17,802 nucleotides of DNA from Candidatus Heimdallarchaeota archaeon (GCA_048881705.1 JBHLSH010000077.1:1-17802); one strand, 5' to 3'; numbered from the stretch's first letter, positions 7,911 to 15,801 are shown. The notes: generated by a model from the letters alone, not told the origin. Numbers and translations are program-made.

Positions 7911-7951
7911 TTAGAGATCTAGGAAAAATTATCTTATCAAAAAGGATAATA

Positions 7952-7998
7952 GCGGATTCACATTTTCTGCTGTCTAGTAACCCTTCTTCGTTACGCGA
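7952..7998 (+). promoter_or_regulatory. Upstream region of TPR-longin gene 2: box B, then box A
   Basis: GCGGATTCACATT 7952-7964 (12/13 match to 6044-6056) and TTCGTTACGCGA 7987-7998 (11/12 match to 6018-6029). Confidence 0.4.
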
Positions 7999-8030
7999 TA
8001 ATCGAATATCGATCATTTAAGAAATCAAGA

Positions 8031-10256
8031 ATGGAGGAAAATTTGGTGTCTTTTACGTTTTTAACTGATTCTCTGGATTGGATTAAAGAAAGGTTTGGAC
8101 TAGACAGAAACAGACAAGCTCTGACCCAAATTGATTCCCTAATCCAACAAGGTAATCATGATCAGGCTCTTGCCAGGATTGAGGAATTATTTCTAAAAGA
8201 GAATATACCCCCCCGTATCCAGATCGAAAACAAATTGCTCAAATGCGAGATTCTACTAGAGAAAGGTGAGAATACTGAATGCGGCGAACTAGCCAGAGAA
8301 ACGAAGAAGGCTGCGGAACAAAACGAACTGATGGTATTACAAAAAAAAGCTGTAATTATGGAAGCGAATGCCCTAATAGGATTGGGACAAATTAACGAAT
8401 CCTTGGAACTTATCAAGGATATGGAAGCTGAAGAAATCTCAAATAATGAAGTTAAAGCCCAGCTATTGAGGGTAAAAGGAATTGCCATGCGAAGAAAAGG
8501 AGAGCTAGATCCAGCGCTCGAACACTTAAGCGAAGCTTTAGTGATTTACCAAAGATTGAAGAAAAAAAATTTTCCCATTGCAGGTTTGTATAATACTATC
8601 GGCATTATTCATGCATCTAAGGGTTCTCTTGATAAAGCGTCCGAGTTTCTACAGCTCAGTCTATCAAAGTATGAAGAACTCGGAAACGAAAGGCCCGCTT
8701 TCAAAATAATGAACAATTTGGGAATGATGCACTCATACCGCGGGGATTTGGATCGAGCTCTGCAGTATCTAAACCGAGCATTGGAACTAAACGAAGAATA
8801 CGGGTCACCGCAAACTGAAGCGGCAATGTTTTCTAACATCGGCAACATTTACATTGGCAAAGGCGAACTAACCCTTGCCCTTGATTATATCCAGAGGGCT
8901 CTGAAGAGGTATGAAGAGCTCGAAAGCAAGGTGGATATTGGCGATGCATTGAACAATCTGGGAAATATATATGAGGAAATAGGAGATCTAAAAGAAGCCG
9001 AATCAGCCTATACTCGTTGCTTGGAAATTTACCAGGACCTTGAAAATGATCTTGAGATTTCTCTTGTAATGAACAATCTGGGAAATATCTATACAGTTGG
9101 GGGTGAGCTAGATAAATCAATATCCTATTATGAGAAAGCCTTGGCTCTATCTGAATCTGTAGGCAGTACTCTGGATATTGTCCATTCTTTAAGAAACCTG
9201 ATCGAAGCCTCAATTCAAAACGGCCAGATGGATGAAGCCCAAGAATACCTTCAAAAATTGGGGGAGATTGCTAAGGGAGAGGACAATAAAACAATAGATC
9301 AAGGTCATCGGTTATCGAACGCGATCTTACTCAAGGCCAGTGATCGCATGGTTGAACGGGCTGAGGCTCAAGAAATTTTCCAGCAAATCGCCGAAGAGGA
9401 GGTAGTGGAACATCAATATACCGTTCAATCGATGTTAAACCTTTGTGATCTCTTATTAGATGAATTAAAATCATCTGGAAGCGAAGAGGTTGTAGAAGAG
9501 ATTAATTCTTTATTAGCCCGTCTATTAGAAATAGCAGAAAGCCAGAATTCTTTCAAACATCTTATTAACACACAACGACTCCAATCTCAAATGGCCCTGT
9601 TGGAATTAGATCTGAATAAGGCTCGACAGCTAATGGCTCAAGCCCAGGAAACGGCTGAAGAAAAAGGCCTACACCGACTAGCTATTGCAATATCGGCTGA
9701 CATTGATAGGCTTATGAATCAACTAAATAAATGGGAAGATCTAATAGAACGGAATGTGGGTATGGTAGAAAGGTTAGAAATGGCTGAACTGGAGGATATG
9801 GTATCCAACATAATTCAGAAAAAACAAGAAATCCCAGAATTTACAGTAGAAGAGCCTGTACTCTTTTTAATGCTTTCAAATACGGGAGCTGTACATTTCA
9901 AGAAGGAACTTACATCCAAGGAGGATTTGGACGATAGAATCATTGGAGATTTGCTTACTGCAATTAATAGCTTTGTCCAGGAAGCGTTCTCCGCTTCGGG
10001 AGTAATAGAAAGGATAAGAGTCAAGGATTATACCCTTATCATTAAACCACTAGTCGAGCAAATATTATGTTGTTTTGTTTTCAAAGGCCAGTCATATTCA
10101 GCTGTACAGAAATTGGAGAAGTTTATACAAACAACGAAAGACTCAAGTTTCATCTGGGACATCGTTAAGCAGACTTCAAAAGCTAAAAAGGCAGTCAAGA
10201 CCTTGGATGATCTTAGTACCGAGATTTTTATGTCTCCAATCAGTCAAGAGGCTTAG
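8031..10256 (+). CDS. Tetratricopeptide-repeat protein with C-terminal longin-like domain (paralog 2)
   Basis: Five to six regular 40-aa TPR units with an Asn ladder (YNTIG, MNNLG, FSNIG, LNNLG, MNNLG, LRNLI). The C-terminal half aligns by eye with paralog 1 (RMVERAEAQ, ERLEMAELE, EEPVLFLML, IGDLLTAINSF, LCCFVFKGQSY). Alternative start GTG 8046 has GGAGG 8 nt upstream. Confidence 0.85.
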   Translation: MEENLVSFTFLTDSLDWIKERFGLDRNRQALTQIDSLIQQGNHDQALARIEELFLKENIPPRIQIENKLLKCEILLEKGENTECGELARETKKAAEQNELMVLQKKAVIMEANALIGLGQINESLELIKDMEAEEISNNEVKAQLLRVKGIAMRRKGELDPALEHLSEALVIYQRLKKKNFPIAGLYNTIGIIHASKGSLDKASEFLQLSLSKYEELGNERPAFKIMNNLGMMHSYRGDLDRALQYLNRALELNEEYGSPQTEAAMFSNIGNIYIGKGELTLALDYIQRALKRYEELESKVDIGDALNNLGNIYEEIGDLKEAESAYTRCLEIYQDLENDLEISLVMNNLGNIYTVGGELDKSISYYEKALALSESVGSTLDIVHSLRNLIEASIQNGQMDEAQEYLQKLGEIAKGEDNKTIDQGHRLSNAILLKASDRMVERAEAQEIFQQIAEEEVVEHQYTVQSMLNLCDLLLDELKSSGSEEVVEEINSLLARLLEIAESQNSFKHLINTQRLQSQMALLELDLNKARQLMAQAQETAEEKGLHRLAIAISADIDRLMNQLNKWEDLIERNVGMVERLEMAELEDMVSNIIQKKQEIPEFTVEEPVLFLMLSNTGAVHFKKELTSKEDLDDRIIGDLLTAINSFVQEAFSASGVIERIRVKDYTLIIKPLVEQILCCFVFKGQSYSAVQKLEKFIQTTKDSSFIWDIVKQTSKAKKAVKTLDDLSTEIFMSPISQEA

Positions 10257-10286
10257 GGAGATCTAATTGGTTCCTACTGAAATACT

Positions 10287-10544
10287 CTAGGATTTTTCTC
10301 TGTCTTCACGGTTTTTCAGTTTCTCAGTGGGAAAGATCCAATGTGTTGACCCACAGAATGAACAAGGAGGCTCCATCGTACCTTTGACATCTTGGAGCGC
10401 CCCGAATTCTCGAATTTCGATTCCCCGCAAACAGCGAGAGCAATAGGCTGCTAAATGCGATTTTAACTCCGTTCCTGAGAGCATTGAGTAAGTACTGATC
10501 ATTCGCCTAAGAAAAAAATCGCTCGCCCGATTTGCGAATGTCAA
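10287..10544 (-). CDS. Small Zn-ribbon protein (CxxC-x22-CxxC); true N-terminus uncertain, probably membrane-anchored
   Basis: YCSRCLRG...PPCSFCGSTHWIF. The frame stays open upstream to 10709 and encodes two hydrophobic segments there, but has no ATG/GTG/TTG before TTG 10544. Confidence 0.6.
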   Translation of the reverse strand: MTFANRASDFFLRRMISTYSMLSGTELKSHLAAYCSRCLRGIEIREFGALQDVKGTMEPPCSFCGSTHWIFPTEKLKNREDREKS

Positions 10545-10819
10545 TACCCTATCTTGATTAGGATAAATGATTCCAAGAACAAAAAAGAATCCTCCAATGG
10601 TTACAATCCCGATTCTAAGGTAAAGACTTTGATTTAAGGTAAAAAGAAGAGCTATTACAGCAATTAGCCCACCCCAATGCAGATTAGACCACTCTGGAGT
10701 GAGTAAACGTTACGTAAAGGGTGATACGTACTATATACCAGATGGAGTCGTCCATTCAGCAGAATTTCATACCCCTGTAAGGGCTATGGACTTTTTTGCG
10801 GAACCGAGTAGATACCATA

Positions 10820-12574
10820 CTAAATAACGGGTAGTTGAATGTCGGAAAGCCCAAAATGTTGTAATACCGCCGTATCCAGCTTTTCGCGAAGTGCTATGAA
10901 TGATGAAGATGAGGTAGAAATATTGGATAATGATTTTGACAATTTCACGATCTCAAAACCCGTCCCTTCCTGTAGATTAGCATCTTTCAGGGGAAATCGA
11001 CGAAGGTTCCTGATGCTAATGGCATTTGTGTAACGAGAACCAAGATTGAATTGCCTCTCATAATACCATTGAATTAATCGCGAATTAAAAATCGCTAGAA
11101 TATAATATAGAATTTCAGGAGACCCCTTATAATCTGATTTTAATTGCAGATTATAGACATTTTGCGTTGTCCGATGAGAATCGTAATCAAAGGCTGCACA
11201 TGGGACACGTTTAATCTTTTGAAATATCAGTTTGGGCGATTTATAAATTCCTGTTTCCTTTTTGGAATAAAATGGGACGCTGTTATCGAAATAATGGGTT
11301 TTTTTAATCTCAAATTCACCAAAATCTAATCCGGTCAGGATATGTTCAGTATGTCTATCATCGGGGCGAGATTTGATAAGGTGATATAGCTGTAACCGCG
11401 TTTTTGGAATGGCATTCGTACAACGAGGACAGATTGTAAACCTTTTTCGGCTTGAAAAGGGTACCCATTCCTTACAGCGTGGGCAAAACATAATCGTTCC
11501 CTTTTTAGAAAGCTCTTCTCCGCGACGGATCGTGATAAAAGATTCTAAAGGTTGTGAATTATGTGTAATAGCTTGATGGATTTGTTGGAATTCCGAATTA
11601 TAATCACGTGTAAAAATGAAATCTATAGTTTTGCTATACAGTAATTGGGGAATCTGAATTGTCTTATCAACGACGATTTTATGACCCGAAGGTACTAGTT
11701 CAGTTTTTCGTGCAACAAGAGAAATATATTCCTGTGTCACGTTTTGAAACAAATTAAAAAAGTCGAGTGTCAAAATTTGGTAGGTACTAAGGATAAATTC
11801 TCTTAACGCTGTGTAATGATTAGAACGTGTAATGTTTTTGGGCAGAAGGAACCCCAAAATCCCCCTCGAGGGGGCAAGGAGATGCGTTGCCTTGTGGAGG
11901 AAGATTTCAAAGACGTTTAGGTTACGAAGAGAACTTTCAATATTGAATTCCTTTTTCCATCGAGATTTTTCCTTCCGTTGAAGTATATTACGACCCCATG
12001 GAGGATTACCGATTACAATGTCAACCCCCTTGATTCCTTTCAGGTTTGACCAGTCATCCAAAGTAGATTCCAAGAAATTTCCTTGTATCAGGTTTCGCAC
12101 GATATTTGTGTTAATGGCGTTTTTCTCAGGATTATGAATCTGACCGAGCAAGGTGATAATATTTTCATGACATTCTTGTACAGCCATTGGGGCAATGTCC
12201 ATCCCAAAGAGATTGGACTGTACAATATCACGCAACAAATCATGTTCGGTGGTAACCTTTGCCATTAGGCGCCTGTTGGTTGCCTGACGAACTTGACTAA
12301 GAAATCCCAACGCCGCGAGAATGAGCTGCCCGTCCCCGACGGCGCCATCCAAAACTGTAACATGTCTAGCAGCTTGATCGAGGCGATCAATGACATTATG
12401 GTCACTGGCTGATAAGGCGTCATCTAACGAATCAAAGAATTTTCCAGTGCCCTTCGAGATATCATGGAGGAAAAAACTGGAGAGGGCAGTCTGGACCAGA
12501 TGTTTTGCTGGGCCACTCGGGGTGTAATATGCCCCTAACTCCTTCTGATTAATATTCTGCAACTCGAAGACCAA
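10820..12574 (-). CDS. Gamma-class N6-adenine DNA methyltransferase (Eco57I/TaqI-like MTase core plus TRD), no nuclease domain
   Basis: TTG start. LGAYYTP (motif X), VLDGAVGDG (degenerate motif I), GMDI, GNFL, IVIGNPPW (motif IV), FEIFL, GILGFLLP, then a TaqI_C-like TRD (PKLIFQKI, YILAIFNSRLIQWYY, LRRFPL, EKLDTAVLQHFGLS). CPRC-x14-CPRC insert at 11420-11485. Confidence 0.88.
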   Translation of the reverse strand: MVFELQNINQKELGAYYTPSGPAKHLVQTALSSFFLHDISKGTGKFFDSLDDALSASDHNVIDRLDQAARHVTVLDGAVGDGQLILAALGFLSQVRQATNRRLMAKVTTEHDLLRDIVQSNLFGMDIAPMAVQECHENIITLLGQIHNPEKNAINTNIVRNLIQGNFLESTLDDWSNLKGIKGVDIVIGNPPWGRNILQRKEKSRWKKEFNIESSLRNLNVFEIFLHKATHLLAPSRGILGFLLPKNITRSNHYTALREFILSTYQILTLDFFNLFQNVTQEYISLVARKTELVPSGHKIVVDKTIQIPQLLYSKTIDFIFTRDYNSEFQQIHQAITHNSQPLESFITIRRGEELSKKGTIMFCPRCKEWVPFSSRKRFTICPRCTNAIPKTRLQLYHLIKSRPDDRHTEHILTGLDFGEFEIKKTHYFDNSVPFYSKKETGIYKSPKLIFQKIKRVPCAAFDYDSHRTTQNVYNLQLKSDYKGSPEILYYILAIFNSRLIQWYYERQFNLGSRYTNAISIRNLRRFPLKDANLQEGTGFEIVKLSKSLSNISTSSSSFIALREKLDTAVLQHFGLSDIQLPVI

Positions 12575-12602
12575 TCTACGTTAGGTACGATGGCCTAGGC
12601 AT

Positions 12603-15533
12603 TTAAGTAAGCTGGATATGTGACTGACAAGTTACACAAAAATCCTGTGACACTAACCAATCCTGAAGGTGCTCTAGGTGGTATGCCTGATTACATATGG
12701 GGCATCTGAGTAATGTTTGATCCTGAACTGGATCTTGGCAAAGAACACATACAGGTTCTTCTTTTGGTACTTTCACTCTTCGGATGACATCATCCGTCGT
12801 AAGGGGCTGATAGGCCATATCCGTACTAATCATCAGGGCCGATTCCTCATCGTCTCGCCGTCCAAGATCTTGTTCCTCTAATTTTGGAGTGGTTGACGTC
12901 AAGAGAATAAAGGAGTAGTTCCGTTCTATGTGGGAAAACAAGTCCTGGAAAAGCGGAATCGTTTTTTCTGAATGGGGAAGTCCCCCTAGTATTATCATCT
13001 TTCTTTTTGCTCGTGTAAGCGCCACATTTAATCGACGTTCGTCCTCCAGGATATGAGGGCGGACAAGGGTGCATAGGGATAGAATTATAACTTCCTTATC
13101 AGAGCCCTGGAAGCGATCAATTGTATCAATGACTACTTCACTTTCGGTTCCGACCAATCGGGTAATTTCTGCAACCTGGCCACGAAATGGTGCAATGACA
13201 CCAATATCTTCTTCCTTGATTCCCATCTTAAGATAGGCATTAACAATCTTGTGCGCAGCAACTGCCTCTTCAGGATTCACGCGTCTTTTCTCGTCAAAAT
13301 TCGTTTGTATTCCAACGTATACCAATGGTTGGTTCGGATCAAGAATAGTTTGATATATTGGATCACTGGAAAAGGTTGAGGTGTCTTCTGGTAATATCTC
13401 CCACAAAGTTTGATTGCCAATCTGAGCCGTAGCTGGCGAAACCGTTCCGTGGTAAAACCTCTTGTTGCTGAAATCCATCAGGGCATTATGCATACGGTAT
13501 TGGTATTGTAACTGGACAACTCCATCAGGATGCACCTTCCTAAGCCGTTCAAACATGCTTGTACTCAATCCCTCACGATCGGCCCTAGGGTTTTGAATGA
13601 GCGGCGGCAATTGTTTGTCATCTCCTACGAGAATGAAACGTGTCCCCTTGGTCACCCCAGCTAGAACGGAAGGTTCTGTCATTTGTGATGCTTCATCCAC
13701 GATTACCATATCAACTGTTAGATCATCGTACAGGCTACGAGAAAGAGTACTAGTGGTACCTGCCAAAATGGGAGATTTTAATAATTCATGGAATGTCAAA
13801 CCTTTTTCTTGGGGTAAGAGATCGAGTGTGGAGGAAGAGACCGCATGTTCGCTTCCGAAGCGTACGATTTCCTGCCTTTTATCATCCCCAACGAGCGCTA
13901 AATATAGATCTATAATGTTGTCAACGGCTGTATTTGTATATGCGGTCAGTAGGATGGTTTGTCCCTGTCTACGCAAAATTTCGACAAGTTTAGCTATTGT
14001 GTATGTCTTACCCGTACCGGCTGGACCGACTATCAAGCAATAATCTAGAGCGGATAGAGCTTTCTGAATAGCATCTGACTGGCTTTTATCAAATCCAGGA
14101 ACCTCCTGAACAGTTACGGAACCGAATCTCGGTTTTTTGGCATTAATAATGAGGTCGTGTGATTTGTGGTCTTTTCTGATTCCAAAAGTAATATCGAACA
14201 GATTCTTGTTAAGTCTGCGAAAGAGAAAATCAGATGAATATGCATCAACATACGCAGTTTTAGGTAATTTGCCTTGACTATTCAAAACGACCTTTGATCG
14301 ACTGATTTCTGCAATAGTAGCCATCAGAGTGTTATCTAAAACAGGATTTCCTTGACTTATGATAACTAACTGTCCTGAGCGGAGTTCAGAATTGTTAATA
14401 CCATTATAGAGGTAAAGGTTCTTCTTTTTGTTTTTCTTGGTCAGCTTCAGGTCTGGAATCGCCTTTCCCAGCTTAACTCGTCCTTGGGGTGATAATTTCC
14501 ATAAAAATGAAAAATCTTGACGATTCTTTGTATGTTCCAATCCCGTCAATCTACTCCAGTGTGTTAGATAGAGAAACGCCCTCGATGGAGCAGATGCATT
14601 TTCATCAAAAATATCCCCGAGAATGTGACATTCTTCTTTACTGAAACAACGATCACAGACTTTAGTTCCTAAGATCTTCGGTATATATCCAGAAAATTGA
14701 ACAAGATAGGAATAATTACGCGCCATATGTATTTGTTGTAGAAGTGTTTGATCAAGGTTGGTCTGACGAAACGCTGGTATACCCTCTCCCGAATAAATAA
14801 CCGAGCTTTTGGTTACCGCTTTTTCAGAACTAGAACTAAGTCCGTGCATGTAAATCACTGTCTGGAGAAGGTCAGAAAACCATGTGTTTCTTTGGGGAAT
14901 TCTTCTACCAGTCTTTAGTTCATAGATTTCTTCGGGACTCCAGTAATCGATACGTCCCATAATTCCGAATTCTGGACTAAGAAATGTGATTTCAGGCTGT
15001 ACAGTCTTTGATTGGAGTGTAGGAGCTGAAAGCTCTAAACCTCTTAATACACGGAGGACATCTTTCCTCAATTCTTCCAGATTAACTTCAAGAATATCCA
15101 ATATGAACGCAAATCGTTCAATTGCAGTTTCCATTGCATCTTGGGCGGGAGTATAATTGGCAATGATATTAGAGTACGCCTCATGGATTATAGATCCTCG
15201 AACCATGGGAAGGTTGGTTCTAGTCTCACCCAAGATATGGTCGATATATGCACGACGAGGACAGGAACCAGCACTTGTTATTGCACGCGAATTGATCAGG
15301 ACATCAGGGTTGAGTAAAATCAGTGTATCGGGGGTTGTTTCATAGATATTTTCCGCTTCATCCACCAGGAAGGGATTGATCACCCGAATAGGTGTATAAT
15401 ACTCAACACTAGAAAATGGAAAAAATACCCAAGGACGAAAGAGCGCCAACTGAATAGTCATTTGGTTTTGGAGGTCAAATAGCTTAAGATCTCCGTTGTT
15501 TCGCTCCAAAAAGACGGTGTCAATGATTTTCAT
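12603..15533 (-). CDS. dna2: Dna2-type Fe-S nuclease / SF1B helicase with C-terminal RING-like zinc finger
   Basis: N-terminal LILLNPDVLINSRAITSAGSCPRRAYI (Dna2 signature). Nuclease motifs GSIIHE, GRID, YELKTG, QTVIY. Four Fe-S cysteines C91, C293, C296, C302. Helicase motifs GPAGTGKT, TNTAVDN, VDEASQ, LVGDDKQLPP, QYRMH, PFRGQV, TIDRFQG, RRLNVALTRAK. C-terminal C-x2-C-x11-C-x2-C-x4-H-x2-H-x10-C-x2-C. Confidence 0.9.
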   Translation of the reverse strand: MKIIDTVFLERNNGDLKLFDLQNQMTIQLALFRPWVFFPFSSVEYYTPIRVINPFLVDEAENIYETTPDTLILLNPDVLINSRAITSAGSCPRRAYIDHILGETRTNLPMVRGSIIHEAYSNIIANYTPAQDAMETAIERFAFILDILEVNLEELRKDVLRVLRGLELSAPTLQSKTVQPEITFLSPEFGIMGRIDYWSPEEIYELKTGRRIPQRNTWFSDLLQTVIYMHGLSSSSEKAVTKSSVIYSGEGIPAFRQTNLDQTLLQQIHMARNYSYLVQFSGYIPKILGTKVCDRCFSKEECHILGDIFDENASAPSRAFLYLTHWSRLTGLEHTKNRQDFSFLWKLSPQGRVKLGKAIPDLKLTKKNKKKNLYLYNGINNSELRSGQLVIISQGNPVLDNTLMATIAEISRSKVVLNSQGKLPKTAYVDAYSSDFLFRRLNKNLFDITFGIRKDHKSHDLIINAKKPRFGSVTVQEVPGFDKSQSDAIQKALSALDYCLIVGPAGTGKTYTIAKLVEILRRQGQTILLTAYTNTAVDNIIDLYLALVGDDKRQEIVRFGSEHAVSSSTLDLLPQEKGLTFHELLKSPILAGTTSTLSRSLYDDLTVDMVIVDEASQMTEPSVLAGVTKGTRFILVGDDKQLPPLIQNPRADREGLSTSMFERLRKVHPDGVVQLQYQYRMHNALMDFSNKRFYHGTVSPATAQIGNQTLWEILPEDTSTFSSDPIYQTILDPNQPLVYVGIQTNFDEKRRVNPEEAVAAHKIVNAYLKMGIKEEDIGVIAPFRGQVAEITRLVGTESEVVIDTIDRFQGSDKEVIILSLCTLVRPHILEDERRLNVALTRAKRKMIILGGLPHSEKTIPLFQDLFSHIERNYSFILLTSTTPKLEEQDLGRRDDEESALMISTDMAYQPLTTDDVIRRVKVPKEEPVCVLCQDPVQDQTLLRCPICNQAYHLEHLQDWLVSQDFCVTCQSHIQLT

Positions 15534-15801
15534 GATCAGGATTCGCTCAGATGCTTGAAAACCTCAATATTGAAGCCTAGAGGATTCTGGTTTTTTAGAT
15601 TATTGAGAAGGTTATCCGAAATATATCCCTTTGGACAGAATTTCTATAACATTGACGAAGAGCTTCTTGACATCTTAACATAAATTTGATAAATAAGGTC
15701 CAGCGTTTCTATTATTCCATAAGATTATTGGCCACTCGATAAATCGGGAGAAGATAAAGAAAAAGCCGATACTACCTTGAATACCTACGTGAGATAAACC
15801 T

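Noticed and set aside
7928-7950. Hairpin ATTATCTT/AGGATAAT after TPR gene 1
   Set aside because: The stem is AT-rich with a G-U pair and has no following U-tract, too weak to call a terminator.
7914-10265. GAGATCTA just after the stop codons of both TPR-longin genes (7914, 10258)
   Set aside because: AGATCT occurs repeatedly inside coding regions of this window (e.g. near 4390, 4657, 6314, 8984), so the match is not distinctive.
10706-10730. Cluster of ACGT palindromes (AACGTT, TTACGTAA, TACGTA)
   Set aside because: The palindromes are short and AT-rich, lie in probable degraded coding sequence, and have no second occurrence to support an operator or methylation-site array.
10753-10770. In-frame TGC-TGA-ATG (C-U-M) as possible selenocysteine readthrough
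   Set aside because: The frame closes again after 23 codons, no selenoprotein family is recognisable, and I could not identify a SECIS-like hairpin.
13597-14043. 148-aa plus-strand ORF
   Set aside because: It is antisense to the conserved helicase motifs of dna2 with no recognisable motifs, so it is a shadow ORF.
14600-15533. Cas4-like Fe-S nuclease suggesting a CRISPR-Cas locus
   Set aside because: The domain is embedded in a full Dna2 architecture, and there is no cas1/cas2 and no repeat-spacer array in the window.
15537-15681. Short minus-strand frames upstream of dna2, one interrupted by TAG (possible pyrrolysine readthrough)
   Set aside because: The peptides have no recognisable features and there is no supporting context, so the region is better explained as a divergent promoter spacer.
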